Positions 1-15,300 are shown, numbered from the stretch's first letter. The stretch is DNA of 64,000 nt from Phoronis australis (GCA_002633005.1 NMRA01000062.1:791981-855980), one strand, 5' to 3'. Program-made: numbers and translations. Notes: generated by a model from the sequence alone, not told the origin.

Positions 1-2289
1 CTGACCCAGTAGAGACGATGATCATACCATAGGTACTTCATATGCCGGATACTTTTCGGCAAATTATGTTCCTATAAGTTTAGAAGTACCGCGTAGAGAG
101 ATGCCTCTGAGGAGGTCGTTAATGTTTTCATTTGTTCCCAGTTTAAACAAATACTCCTGCAATCCTGTTTTTCGAACACTCCATTCAGTTGCCACATCGA
201 CACTGCTTGCGCTAAGGGATAATCCTATGGCGTTATACTGTGGGTGTGATTTTAAAGCACTTTAAGTCAAAAATTTTTGAGAAGGTTAAATGGAGTAGAT
301 GGTTGCAAACAACATGCCCAAGTGGCCGTCATCCCCTGCCGTAGTCTCAATTTTTTGTAAACATTAATTACTTAGGTAGCTGCAATGATAATTAAATTAA
401 AGTGCCTAAGTGGCCATCGTCGCCGTCGAAATTTGAGGACGATGGAAGCCACTGTCCATTTCGTCAAACGTCGATTACCTTAAGTGTAAATCGATTGACT
501 ATGGTTTGAGCATCTGATTTAAAAAAATTAAATTTCAATCACTGCACTGGTATATCAGCTGATTTATTTTCAGTTGCATCAACTGATCTAATTATTAGAC
601 GATCAACATTATTAGGCTACAGATCAGACGGCATGTAAATTTGTTAGGCTGGTGGTGGATCAGTTCCTGATAAGTCCGTCTGAAAAAGTTGCATGCCAAC
701 TCACTCATAGTTGAATGTTAAATTAGTGTTAACAGTTCGGGTTTTTTTCAGTTGGACTTGTATCGCAAGCAACAGCTCAGTCCAGAGCCCTGAATATACA
801 AATGAAATTCAAAGATAAAGACCTTGTGTCTTAGAAGCCAAGTACCACAGATCATCATGCTATAAAAAATAGAAAGACAACGATTGTGAAGAGTGACGAA
901 TTCACAGTTTTCAGAGATGTTTTTCTACAGTTTTGTTTGGAGTTCATTGAATCGAAGCTTCTAACACAAGGAGATGTCATTTGCCTTTCAAAACTAAAGC
1001 AAGACTTTGAAGCTGTTCTTCAGAAAGCTGGTGTGCATGAAGTTATTTGGACAGGCAATCTTAAGAAATATTGTTGAAGCTACTCACTGTTGTAGTTTGT
1101 GCCCGACTAAGAGATACGAAAGTGAATTGAGGCTAGTGTTCAATAATTCACTTGCTGACTCTAATTAACACAGCCCATTATAACATATTTTGAATCAAAC
1201 GTTTGCCCAAATAGTGCCCGCCTCCAAGGAAGGACTTAGTGTTTGACCCTTCATTGCCTGCGAGCTAATCACCAGTGTGCAGTGCTGTACCCTCTCTAAT
1301 CGACCATTGTTGGTTCCTTGGCGGTGGAGCTTTGCAGTTAATATGTATGGCAATGACCGCATCTCCATTGACAGTACTAAACGTTGAACGCTGCAAGTGC
1401 AAAAAGAACATGTGTGCTGGGAAACTGAGTTTGTGCTGCAATGCTGGGTCAAACTGTACAGAAATGTGCAGCTGTGACAACTGTAGTAACATCAGCAACA
1501 CTGACTGCATAATATTGGATAGTTCTTTGACAAGTCAACCCTAAATAGACCTCCAACCCCGTTATTTCCTTTTTTGTATCAAAAAGTTAATTTTATTTGT
1601 TGATTAAGTCTTAGAAAGTGCATACTTTGATCATTGTCATGAATTTGTCTCATACTGCTTGATAAACGCTGTCAGAATAATCTATTGTTTTCATACAGTC
1701 TTTGTGCACATTCACAGAGATCATTCAACTTCCGGTATATTGTTTTTGTACTATAACGTATTTCTGGTGCATAATGCAAACAAGCTGTATTTTACACCAT
1801 TAGTCAATGTTTTAGTCATTGAGGCACAAATTTTGCCCAGTCTCAAGTGTTTTGTGTTATTTTTTGTTGCCTGACAATGCCAGAATAACTTCCTAGTAAC
1901 ATTCAGACTTAGTTTGCATTTTTGCCACTAGGTGTCTCTTTACGTTTTTAAAATTTCACTGTTTACAATTAATTTACAATAGTGAAACGTGTAATGTGAG
2001 TGTAATATTGTTCAATACAATGGCACTGATGGGACCATATTACTTGTTTTACAAAAAAGTCACCAAAACTGTTGTTTTTACAAATATAAGTTTACTAAGC
2101 TCCTTGGTGATTATTATGTAACTTCAAACTCAAATTTCTCAAAAATGTGCAACTTTATATGTGGGAACTTTTTAGATTTTGAAAACACTCTAATAAATGA
2201 ATTAAAAAACACCAAAATAAAATTGCCCCCCTAAAGTACTCACAAAAAAACATTTTCTAGAGGCCCTACAAAATCTGGCCCACCGACTA
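1..2289 (+). mobile_element. Academ-like DNA transposon remnant, internally deleted, 5' end outside the window
   Basis: Frameshifted DLVxLEAKYHRSSCY motif (~815-870), LP..PP...RANHQ, and a C-terminal Cys cluster CKCKKNMC..CC.AG..CTEMCSCDNCSN (1390-1490). Candidate terminus ...ggcccaccgaCTA at 2289 (TAG..CTA ends). Confidence 0.6.
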
Positions 2290-2399
2290 ACTCTCTTGTA
2301 TATTTTGTTTGGAGCTTGTTTCCTTCAAGACACTTAAAACTAAACCAGTACCTAAACAACTTATTTACGTTTTAAGAACACGAAAGTATGTTTTTTGTA

Positions 2400-4506
2400 G
2401 TGTCAATAGTCTTTTAAAATTTTGAAATCAGTGTATAGATCATTACTATAGCCATTACTGTCACCAGGAATCACATCATCATCACCATTCTGACATTCTG
2501 CACTATACTGATATAGATCTGTGTAAGATAGCTCCTTTTATCCGCGAGAGCATCTTTGGGAAGAGGAATTGTTTTTGCACTGGCATTTAACCATCTCAGC
2601 TGGTCATCTTTGTCCTTGTAAATTCAATCTGCCATGGGTCAAGGAACTCCTGTCGAGCAATGACTGCCTGGTCCCACACTCTGGCTTGAATAAACACCCT
2701 CAGCACATGCTGTTTCAAAGTACCAATGGTTGGTGGACGTTTGTGGCTGTCAGCCATATGTTTACAGAAGAGGTATCATCTCGGCTCTGGAATGCTATTT
2801 GTGTCTATACCCTGTGGTTAGTATGCACATGTGAAAGGGGCTAATGTGAAAAGAGGTTCACTTGTTACTTCACATGCAGTACAGAAAGTCTGCTGTGCAT
2901 TGATCTCATCGGTGTTTGCCCTCAAATATATATTCAACCTACAGAATGGATCAGTGTTGTCTGCCCATGTAAAAGCATGGAAAGCAGGAAGAGCCTTGCC
3001 CAGACAGCACCTAATGATGTCCATATTGGATTCACGTTCACAATCCCAGATGCCATGAAGTATTTCTGAGAAGTCATTCATAATAGGCAATGACGAGTAC
3101 CAGTAAATCTATGTCAGGTGAAAAAAAAACATCAGCTGAGAGTCAGGGACCTTTTGATGTGATGCCAGAACTGCATGATGTACAGTGTATTAACAATATC
3201 TCTGCTTTTTCCTGATCGTTTTCTTCAAAGCGTACATCACGTCGGTTGCTCTCTGTGCATCCTGAAGCTGAAGTAATGGCTATCTTGGCAGAGTCTTGAT
3301 TATATGCAAGTGTCTTTGGAGACAGATATTCAGTAATTTGAGCCCTTTTTGGTCATGGGAGAGAATGAAACGGATCATTGGGATATTCTGTATGAACGTC
3401 TCATCTCTTATCTGATACTGTACTTGACCCTTTCTCTGCCTCCTTTTTTCTCTTGTGGCTTATTTCAAAGAGTTGTCTTTGTGGGTATCAAAAAACAGAA
3501 TGATATCGTCATAACCTTTCGTTAAGAACATCAATTCCTTGCTATCCACACGTGCAGTTTTGTGGCTTGGGTGAACACACTCAATGGATGTTGTTTACAT
3601 GTTTTATGGATCTAAAACATCTTGCAGGTTGAGGAATGTCCTGTTCTCAGACGTCTGCTTCGGATAGTTTGTGCAGAAGGTGGATTCGATTCGATTTGTC
3701 TGTGCATGACAGCATTGCCCCACTGGCAGCAAAGATTGCTCTTGGTGTTTGGGTGAATTCATTGTGGCCGATAGCATGTTTGTGGTCGATTTGCCCAGCA
3801 GGGTGCAACTCATGTTGTTCTCGTCATTGATCCTCAGCCTGGTTACTGCCAAAATTATCTCTATCCGACTGCCATAGGCAAAATGCATTTCCATTAAGTA
3901 GCGGAGAACTAGATTTCAAAGTGAACAGTGAATAATAACGAAATCTTCAAAAGATACGTCTCAAATGTCTTTTCAAAAAGAAATAGGTATACACTGTAAA
4001 TATAGGTTCATCTTCGTTTCTGTGATTCGTTTAATTATTCTGGGGGTTCGTATCTGCTATTAAAAGCATTTAGATTATATGCATCATTTTAAAAATAGTG
4101 TTTTTCATTTCCTTACCCCACAAAATGTGGGTGCAGCCAATAAAACTAAAATTCTAAGTGACCCAAGAGCAGAAATACTGAGCAACATGTATTTTATGGA
4201 CGCCATTTTTGCAATTTCAAGATGGCCACCAAGATGACCACCAATAAAATTAAAATTTCCAATTCATTGACCTCAGAACTGCAGGTGTAGCCATTCTCAG
4301 TGACCCAAGGGCGGATATATTGGGCAAAATCCATTTTACCGGCGCCATTTTTGAAAATCCAAGATGGCCGCCAAGATGGTCACCGAAAAACTTGAATCAT
4401 TTATTTTCTGATTCGTCATTCCATGAGGTTTCCAAAAATGTATAGTTTCCACTTTCCCCAAAAAATTTCAACGAATGTCAAAATTTGGACATTGTGAACC
4501 TGACTA
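2400..4506 (-). mobile_element. Second Academ-like DNA transposon remnant with decayed XPG/H3TH-like coding traces
   Basis: Minus-strand fragments SPDIDLLVLVIA and KALPAFHAFTWADNT (HAFTGCD-type motif), a decayed CQCK Cys region, subterminal caagatggc repeats (4217-4380), and terminus TAGTCAGGTTCAC on the minus strand at 4506. Confidence 0.6.
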
Positions 4507-7500
4507 ACAAGTCGATAGCAGTCCCGGCGTCGCTGTCGTCTGCATTGTAGGCTACGCTCTGCCTTCTGCAGATACTTTGTTGTCAATGTACGTCTACTAA
4601 AATTGTACATGTATGTGAAGGAGCTTCAGAATGGAATACAGTGCTGTTGTAGTTATGAATTATCTTACTTTCTTCTTCTTATTTGTGTTACACCTACTGC
4701 ACAAACCAATTGTCTGCACTGGTAGCATCCTGGTGTATTCCGGGAACTTATTCAAAATTGTTGGGTGGACATGAAACGAGCAGTGATCTGGGAACACTTT
4801 ATAATAAAAAGTTGGAAACTTCCAGGATGGTATTGGGGCACATAATGAGGCCAAATATTGTCATCAAGATCAGGACATGTTGTCAGTGGTCAGGAGAACA
4901 ACCAAAATTTGTGACGATGGTTGGGGCTCAACACTCATGTGGCATACCCCATTGGTTTTTACCTATTTAGCACTCCTTTCATGTACCCAATGGGAGGGGG
5001 TCAACACCCATTTGGCGCCCACCTGGTTTGCACTCACCCCATGTACCCCTTTGCTGGCACATGGGAACAACTCCTCCTGAACCCCCAGGAGCAATTACTG
5101 AAATTATATAGTCCATGAAGGTATGAAATGTTATAAGGAACGGTAATTTGCCTTTTTAGAAGCAAAACCATGATGGGTTTTGAAGGGAGCTTTCAAGTGA
5201 ATGAAAACAACCGTAATTTAATATTGATTAAAATACACATTTTCATTCTCTTTCGATTATAATTGGAAGTTAGTTTACGTATTTTCCCATTTTCAATCAC
5301 ATAGTAATTTTATGCTCGTCGAAAGTCATTAAAGTATGAATTTATCAGTGTTTACATGGTTCGGACAGCGCCGCTAAATTAGTGTTGCTTATTCGCCGCT
5401 TTGGGCGCTAGTTTTTCGACCGATAACCATTGCGGCGAATGGCAAGATGGCGGAGTAAATTCTCCTATTCTACATGTAAGTACACTCCTTGGTTATATGG
5501 CGAGGATGCGGCTGCACCATTCGTTTTTTGCGGATTCGACTACTTTATGACCACCTGTTGGCCGTTTCAAGTCTTGGTAAGAAAGTTCTTTTTAGCCAAT
5601 TTTGCGAAGTTATTTGACTAACCTAAAGGTAGGCCGATGTGGTGGGAATGCGTCAGCAGTAATTTAAATTCCGTTTTTAGCAAGCTGAACAAGGAGAATT
5701 GCAATTTTAAACAGGAAATCACAATAGCGCGCTTGCTAGGTTCATGGGATGCCTCATTAATTGCGTGCTTTATAGCCACCTAACTGGAGAATTGAGCAGG
5801 CTTCTGTAAACAACATGAGCAAAATGGTGCACTCTAATAGTGGCCAAGTCAATTCAACCAAAGCCCATACATGTCCCAACAAACGTCCCTTAGATACCAG
5901 TCACGGCAAAATTGTCGTCAGTATTCCACAGACACTTCCTTTGAAAATTGTGGTTGCCCTCAATCAATCCGAGATCATCCCCTGATTGCGTTGTCACAGT
6001 CGTGAGCGAATTTCAACACTTTGTCTTACCCTATAAAAATATGCACATAGCCAAAGATCCATTCCTCTGTCATTTTGAGCGACATCTTTTGACATCTCAT
6101 ATTCAGTTAATATGTGTCGGTTATTAGAAACTTGAGCGAAAAACAACATTACTTTATCACCTTTCCAGTCTGAAAAGTGTATCACTCAACCAATCAATCA
6201 CTCAATCAACCAATCAGTTATCATTTATTGATTTATTTATTAAATAACATGTAGCACTTGCTATTCATTGACAACTGGGATTGTAAGTGACAATGTTTAA
6301 GATAAATCATACAAAGTAAACAACAAAAATGACTGATAAAACTCACAAGCCATAGTTAACAACATTTCACTTAAGAAATGCGTTGTGTATAAAACTAAAA
6401 AGCTAGTTTACTCACAGAGTTATTTCTCATCAAGAAATCAAACTTTTTCTGGATACGTAATTCACAAAAGATAAGACAAACAAACCCGACCGCTGCAAAC
6501 AACGCCATCCCGGAATCTCTATTGAGAACACAAGTTCAAAGAAAATGTGTTTCGCTTAGGAAAATACAAAAACCAAACATTCCAAGCGCTTTTCAACAGG
6601 AATGAAAATACCAAAACTGAACTTTAATTCCACTTTCAGAGGCAAGGCTCCACATTTAAACTGAGGGAATAGGGACCTTTTATCTATAGAAAGGCTCAAA
6701 TAAATAAAGTAAAATTATGTTTCATAGTTTGTTTTAAATAATTTGTAAATTTTGTAATTTGCAAGGTACACATTGAAGATACTCTTCTTAACTAAAGATT
6801 AAACGCCTTAAATAAGTTCACCTGTTGAAGACACGCCCACCTGACGTCTTAAAACCTGTAAACAAGTTCCAAGCAGTTACTACACCAACTGTGCATTTTC
6901 CAAAAGAGTGGTATTTGAAGAATAACCAGTAAGTAAATCTACGTACCCAACAGCTTGCTCGTGTTCAGTCACTAATACTCGAACATTTCAAAAACAGTCT
7001 GACGACTGAAGCATCCCACGGTCTTACTGACGCTTGGTTGAAACGACCGTGCTGCTTGTTAGAATGTAGGTCGAGCCGGAGGGATACCCACAAACAATTT
7101 ATAATGCATTCCAGCGATCAAACAACAAATAGATCCGATGAATCGGGGATAGGCGTGCGTTCAACACCTCGATGGGCTTGGCTTCAACAATAATTATCGA
7201 AATGTCGGGGGTAGGGCTCCTTTACATGGTATTTGAAACACTTTGCGTCTACGTAATACCAGGATGGGAAAGTGGAGAGGCGGATAATGTTTTCTTGAAA
7301 CGTTGGACTGATGGTAGCTTTAACTTATGCATCTTTTTGTTTTCTTATTCCCGTGTCTTTAGATCTTACCGTTTGCCTTTAGTTCAGTGGAAATAGACAA
7401 TATATTACATCAGTTTATTTATTTGTTCTAAGCCCAAGCAATTAATGCTCAAGTCTCTGCAGTACAGATCTGGTTATAATTTGAAATCGCTACCACAGTG

Positions 7501-10333
7501 CCGGTATGGGCCCTTAGCTACAAGAAGTGTCGGAGCCCTTGTGAGTTGCCCCTCAATCCTGTGACAGAATTCTTGTATCCTTTTCTCCCGGTAGCCAAAA
7601 TCATGCGACAATGCCATCACTAGATAATGCAGCAGCCAGTTAGATTGTGACTTAAACTAGTGCAGAAATGAATTCGACCTGAGAAATTTTAACATAAAAA
7701 TATATCCGACCAGAGAGGACGTGGACAGCGAAGTCGCTGTTTTCGCCATCATCTGCTTCCTCCGTGATCAAAGTTGGCTCCAAAATAATTACGAGTGACA
7801 AACAACGTAGATCTGTAACCGTGCAATGTGGATACCTCGCGAGGAAATTACACTGAGTGAAACCCCTAGAATAGTCAACTCAGACCAATAGTAGTTTTAT
7901 GAGAGCTACAGGGATTACAATAAACTCTACCGAATTACCTAATGTTACATAATTTAGTCCTCTTCAGGAAAGTACACAAAATCATCTCCCCGGGTCATGT
8001 TCTAAGAGTGCGATACAATAATGAAAATAACCCATCTCCATCTACTGCTGAAGACTGCATTATACGCCTTCACTTCTACCAATAGTCTCAGTGTCGTAGT
8101 AGATTCACTAATTAAAACTGTACAATATATAGAGTCAGTTTTCATGTGTAACGGCTAACTAATTTTAATCAAAATGAAAAACCCTGTTTTATGGAAGCAG
8201 TATGGCTAAATTTGATTTCATATCAAATCTTGTCCCTCGTTACGTCTTTCGCTCGTCACTTGGTATGAACGATCACACGCACGCATACCTGTTTGTCATT
8301 TCTCAGTGCTCGTATTTCCGAAAATTATAATTCCTTCTGCGCATCGTGGAGATAGTTATTATCTGTGTTTCTTTAGTAATTAATTATATGATTAATTGTA
8401 AACACACTCACGGCATCCATGTATAGTGCTGAATGCGAGGCTCCCGAAGCTAGTTTACACTGAAACAACCAACGTGCAGGTGAGATACAATTTCATATAT
8501 TATGACAAGTGACAGGACTACACTGAGCTAGAAAATATTTACACATGAAACTGTCTGTTTACCAGGGGAGTGATCGCACATGCTTATACGTACATACTTA
8601 AAAAGGGTGCAGGTGATCTGATGTCTTTGCCGTGTATCAGACGACCCCAGGCCTCGTGGTTGGGCCCAGTGGACAAAACATTTGAGCCAAAACTCACGAG
8701 AGCCCTGTAATCGATCAGCAGGTTCTTCGTGAAGGACGTTTTCAAGTCTGCCACTCTCCTTTAATAAGACGGAGGGACTTTTCGATATGTTGTCGTGCAT
8801 GTAATGCTGCCAATCAGTAGCTTACTCCTTAGGCTTTAAAAATCTGAGCAAGACTCTACTAGGTGTTTGAGGGTTGAAACGTACATACATACGTACACAC
8901 ATACATACATACATGCGTAGGTATATACACAAACACATATACCTACATATATACATATAGATGTCAGAATATGTGTAACTATACAAAAATGAATGAATTT
9001 ATGAGTATAAATTACGGGAGAGAAGGGACATATGTGGATGACAGTACACGTTGCTTATGGATACGTGATGTCATTCATAAGACCACTGTCGTACTCTACA
9101 CCAGACCACTAGTGCACGGTCACCCCGGACAACGGAACTTTAAGCATTCTAATCACAGTAAGACAGTTTTCCACCTCAAAAGACGCGCTGTGGAATAGCT
9201 TATCAGAACACCCAATCGTGGTACTCAAGTGGAGTGCAGAGCCTAGTGAAACCACCATACCTTGAGGTTTGAATCGATCTCACAGCTGCCTGAAACCCAT
9301 TGATGCGAGCGGGTAAAAATTGGGCTCAAAATCGTGGATTCGTGGATGGACCACTCTGTGCCAGTTAATTTCGGCAAGTGCCTTATATTTGATTTTGTGG
9401 CTCCATGCTCGTAACAGGTCTAGTGAAATATCATCGGGTGCACATTGAATAGAGTCTGCTTGTTGTAAGACTACCTCTATTATTTTTATAGAGTGATTTT
9501 AAAAATATTTCACCCAGGCTGTTCACGTGGCGGATCACAAACTATAGCGTATGTAGTTGCGCGTCATGTTACAAGTTTACTGTAGTTAAAGAAAACAACA
9601 TTAACTGTAACGATTTATTACTTGAGAAGAGATTACAAAGATGAAAACAACAGCAAATGTGCATTGGTATGGTAACAGTTTCTGTAAAGAATTAAATAGC
9701 AACAACATTTAGTTGAGTAATTTTCAATAGATGGCGTGCTGACGGGACTTAGAACGTTCACAACATATTCTCCACGCCATATTGAGATTGAAATATATAT
9801 AGATTATTACATGGCGAAGTCGTTATCCCCCGTTACATAGAGCCCGAGTGGATTTTGGAGAATTATCTATGTCAGAGGCCCGGGGTCGGAGGTCGTGACC
9901 TTTTAAGAAAAGCCAAGCTATTTTTGTCAAATAATGCTTTTACTCAAAACCAATTGAAAAATATAACAACATAGAAATAAAGTGAATCTATAAATTAAGG
10001 TTTAGCAACTATTATAGCTTACTACACATTTTATCACGCTAAGCTTCGACAGGGAAAATATCTTCTGCTAAAGTAGGATACCACTAGTAACTGACTATAA
10101 TGCTCAAGTCAAAGATCCCGACGACACGATACCCCCATTCAAATTGGAGATCGGTGACTTTATAAGTGAGAGAACACGAGAGAAAAATTTCACTGAAATT
10201 AAAATATCGTTTTTATGGAAATTATGCGTCTTATTTTTTAAAGCGTATAAATGTCGGTGCAATGCCCTTTGCTGAACATGCGACTGTTTCCTGTGTTCAT
10301 TTAAGTATTCTATTTTCACGTTCGATGACGTCA

Positions 10334-10412
10334 GCCGCTAAGTGGTGTAGAGGTAAAGTCGGCGACTCGCAGTTATTTTTGAGGCCCGGGTTCGAATCTG
10401 GCCTCGGTTTTC
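10334..10412 (+). mobile_element. tRNA-derived SINE head or tRNA pseudogene
   Basis: A-box-like tggtgtagaggt and B-box gggttcgaatc at tRNA-like spacing; no clean cloverleaf. Confidence 0.45.
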
Positions 10413-12393
10413 CAGCAAAATGTTATCTCACTAGTGAGATATCTTTATGGGTTATTACACGGTTGTATCTGTCATTCGAGGCTAATATTGTGGTATAACC
10501 ATACTTATACAACAATATTTAACGTATCGAGGAATTGGAGAATGAGTTGCAGATCATTTAATAATACCAAAAAACTGAGACAGAAGTGTTATTCAATTAA
10601 CAGTTTTGTTCCAGATTTTATGTTTGGGACCTGATTGCATGTTGAGTGTTATTTACGCTGATGCAACTGTATTACTTTAAAAGTTTGATGATCGAACAGG
10701 CCAACAACGTCGAGTCGACATTGACCTAGCTTTTGAACTTCCATGTTAAAGTGCATTCTTAAAGTAGTCCCGGGAGTGCAATACGGAAAACAATACCACA
10801 TGACCGTATTGAACTCAACTTATTCAACACATATGGGATAAAAAGTCTGAAACGTCCCGACATCGTTTTTGTTAAACGGGAGACGTAATACAGTACTTAA
10901 AAGCGGCAGATGGCGTTTTTTAGTCGAGTATGAAAGTGCGGGTGGTGCAAAACTCCCTGAATCATTCCGTTTTTTTTCTTTTTAGTCTATCAGGATAATT
11001 GGGAGCTTGGGAAATTCCAATAGTACATGGTTGTATGTCAATTTCGCCGTATGTCAAAAACGGGACATCTTGATGGTGAAGCGAGATAACGGTGAATCTA
11101 AAATTGGGACAGTCCGCCAATAGCAAGACAGTTGGCAAGTGCAATGCACGCTGTCGGTAACACAATGTATGTATTGGTTTAGATTCTTTTACGAGGTTAA
11201 CTTTTCACTTTTTGATTTTATTTCACAGGTATAGGCAAATACTACAGCTAACATTACTATTCAGAAATCTAATTAACGTCATATCTGGATAACAAGTAGG
11301 CATTACACAAATTAATTATTGTCGAAACAATACAAAACAGTAATAATATACGCATGCATACATATGCATGTTTATACAAACTCGCACACCCACAAACACC
11401 CATTAAGCTACGCAGGTAAATACCTGTACACGAGTACTTTCTTGAGAATCACTAAATACAACTGTTAGTAGGGCCTAAACTTTTCATTTATAATATTGCA
11501 GAACAAACACTTAGAAACCAAATGTCACTTTATTCCGTAAAATACTGAAACATATTTTTAGCACCCAAAAACGTCTTGCTAAAAAATTCTTACTTGTGAT
11601 ATCATATGTTGTCGAAACTGACTCTACGACTGGAGCTGACAAAGATATCAAAGGCCAGGTTAGTACTGGCAGGGTCGTTGCATATAAGGAATGACCATCT
11701 AGTGATTGGGTTTGTTGAATAATTTTTCCGAGAATTCGCTGGAACTGTACCTCAAGAGTCTCGCTTGATGATTCAATTATGAAAAAATAACAAATTGAAA
11801 ATGAAATTTGGCTTGGTTTGATAACAACAGCAGTCGAACAGAACGGAGTCGAGCAGATTACCGCAAACTCTCGCGTCCAGTCCCGCGAAATCTCGGGGTC
11901 GCGAGCTCTAACACAAGAATACATGGGTCACGTGTGGGAGTTGGCATTCCATGTCTAGAGTTATGCTGAAACGTATTTGATTGGGTCATGTCACGTGATT
12001 ATGAAAATTGCTTCATTGAAACTGTACTTAAAGCGTTAATGTCACTTCACAGAGAAATATACTGTACAGTTTACGTTGCTTTGGATGACGTTGACACTGT
12101 CTCCTTGTTTTCCTCACCAATTTGTCCATCACCTACGCGAGGTTTATCTACTGGGGTATTTTTCCCGCTTCGAATCTGTTATCATTAAAATGATTCCCTA
12201 ACATGCACTGGTCTACACCGTGAAGGGTGCCGGTTGTGTTTTAATGTTAGGCCTACATATTCATCGAAATAGCGTGCCATTGCCTAATAAATCAGTAAAA
12301 TGTCAGACCTTATGATAAAGTTCCGGTTTTCGTATTACTTGATGTCCTTCGGGAATCGTGAGCATGTCACGTGATGCATTGCGTTGTGACTTA

Positions 12394-15300
12394 CTAATGG
12401 TGATTGGGTTCAACTGCTGCCGTTAGTGTGGCAGCGATCTTCCTCGCAAGTACGTGTTTGATTCCAGCCCGGAAGTCCTGACTGGTCAGGACGTAAATCC
12501 AGGGCGAGACACTGGAGCTGCTGTGAGCGAGGTACAAAGCAGCTGCAAGCAAATCACGAGGGATGGTGAAGAAAAACTCACAGCAAATGAGGATGCCGTA
12601 AGGGGTCCAGAAAAGAAACAACGTGAGGAAAACGAGGAACAGAGTGGCTGCTAGCTTGGCAGAGTCGCGTCTTTCCTTGCGTTTCTTGTTTTCAACCAAA
12701 GTAGCTTTCGGGGTTGGACAAATTTTGGCACGCGTTGTTCGAACTAACTTGAAAATTTTCAAATAGCAAACGAGGCATATGGCGACAGACGTAGTCACAC
12801 CGCTCAACGCAAAGATCAACGTGGCCGAGAAACTTTCCGTCATGTCCCAGATACATATTGCCGTTTTATGGTCGAATCTGTAGCCACCCCAAGTGCCGGT
12901 CAAACGCACGATAGGAATAATGCCAGATGCCAACCACAACAAGCAAACCATGGCCGTCGTGTTCTTACCCTTGAACACCTTTCTGTAGGCGAGGTGATTG
13001 CAGATGTGAAAGTAACGGCTAATGGCTATTGCGGATAGTGTTAGTAGAGACGAGTAGCAACAGACGAGGCAGACGAACCCAACGAAATCACAGAAGGACG
13101 AACTTGATTGATACATCTGGGGACCGTAGATGATCCCTGTAAAGTAAACAGCTTGAGACTAGTGGTTAATAACAAAAATAGTTGTAACTGTAGGCAAACC
13201 AAGTCTTACACTCTTGTCAAGAGCTGGCTTACCAACAACTACTGCTTTGGGCAAAACGTCATCAAGATAACTCCTCCCATTAATTACTAATTCCTGGCAC
13301 CTGACCATTTTCTTTTCCTCATCGCCAGGAATTTGTAACGTTCTTGGTCCGCTAGGTGACGCTTATCAACATGGCACATGCTCATCTAAACCAATCATAA
13401 CTAAAAACGTTGCCCAAAGGAAGATTACGATTAAATTTTCTTCGATTTTTTCAAGTTTCTCCCATACAAAACATTCATTGTGTATTTGAGTCACTAACCT
13501 TGCCTGAAAGTGAATGCTAACCTTCTGAAGGAATTTTTGGCTAACTCGCCATTGTTACCCAAGTCTGCGAGATATTTTGAATATTTTTAAAGGAATTCCA
13601 ACTATAAATATTCAAACCGGAAGTTTTACGCTATGAGCAAGCCACACATTGCAAAGCGTGTATGTCTGACATGTTACATCGATGTTATTTTGTTCTTTTT
13701 CTCAACGTTTTGTCACCATTACTCAGCTCAAAATCAGATTGTCGTGCAACGAGTCTTGGACTTAAAAATATACTTTCGTCTCGGTCATTGAGCACAGCAC
13801 TAGTTCTTATTCCATAAACTTTTAAGCCGTCCTTCTCCAAGGCACTGCGTTCTTTTGTATTAGGAAACTAGATTACGAGACGCATATACCAATAAATGCC
13901 AACTAGTTGCATCAAGAAACAAGAGAGAATGTTGTTTATTGTATCAATAATCTAATTAATACTGGTGAGACACGCATTCCGATAGGCGACTTAAAGTTAT
14001 TCGAAATCACTTCAAGTGATAAAGACGTATCTCTCAGGAGGCCGTCCCGCTGTTCACCGGATCTTATATTCACCCGTCGCTATGTTCTCCAACGGATATT
14101 CCACCGACCCTATGTCTTCCGGTTTCCTGGCGAGATGTTACCCTTACTCGTTAAATTAATTTCGGGGTTTGTTGGTGCGCCTCAGCTGCATGAGCCTGTC
14201 TATTGGCGCTGAAATGGTGACAAAAAAGTTTTTAAGATTGACCTGGATGTTCACGCACTTTTCAGCCGCAAATTCTTCAGCTAGCAAAAGTTTAGATAAT
14301 TATCACAAAAGAGAAAATCGGGAGGGGCGTAGGGTCGGAGAACATCGGGACAGGCAAAATGGGGACGAGGGAACATGGGTTTAGGATCATAGGGACGGAG
14401 ATATATAGGGACCTAAAACAGCGGTAGGGACCCCTCTTGTTATGGTCTCGTAACCTTTTGCGAAAGAATGAAAACAAAGAAAAAGCACATTCAGCAAATA
14501 GAGTAACACTGATGAAAATACAATAAAGAATTCGCTGAGATGAAAATCGTGCACGTTTTTTCAACTTCGCTCACTCGATCCATGGTTGACTGTCACGCTG
14601 TATGATTGCCCCCTCCCCCAGACTTTCACTACGCGTAACACGACTGATTTCAAAATAACACAAATAATACACCTGTAGGCAGGGCGGATCCAGGATTTTG
14701 AGTTAGAGGGGCCAAGGCAGAATATTAGCCAGGATTTTGCCCAACAGACATTCGCACCCCCGTACTGCCAAATGGAATCTGAGAGAATTTTAGGGAGTGC
14801 CATGGCCCCCTTGGCCCCCTTCTAAATCCGCCACTGGTAGGAATCACCGTTGCCAGGCAACACGGAATAGTAAGAGGCCGTTCAAGGCTCTTGAGAGCAA
14901 CGAATGTAGCTGGTGATGACAAAGTTGTTTGGGAGTTGAAAATATTCGTTTTCAAAATAATGATAAACTGGCCGCGTAAAAAAGGGCCTTGACAATATAA
15001 CAAATAGCGAAGACAAAAACTGTAATTTTGATAATATAATTAAAATAAGCAATGATAAGTTGCAGGGAATTATACAGGCGCTGGAATGAGTACGAGAGAG
15101 TATATTGTAACATCAATTATGATCACAACTTTCGACAGAGAAACAACGCCACTTAACGCTAAACTTATGGGAGGCTGCTGTTCCAAGAGGTGTATATGTC
15201 TTCTGCTATCGAGGGGCTTTTCCGGCACAGGAATCGGAACTTCCTGGGTACAGACTGTTATATTCAGGGGCAGATCCAGGATTTTGAGCTAAGGGGGAGC

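Noticed and set aside
1275-1544. Stand-alone tesmin/CXC-domain gene
   Set aside because: Part of a frameshifted Academ-like transposase remnant.
10334-10412. Functional tRNA gene
   Set aside because: A/B boxes are present but the acceptor and anticodon stems do not pair; more consistent with a SINE head.
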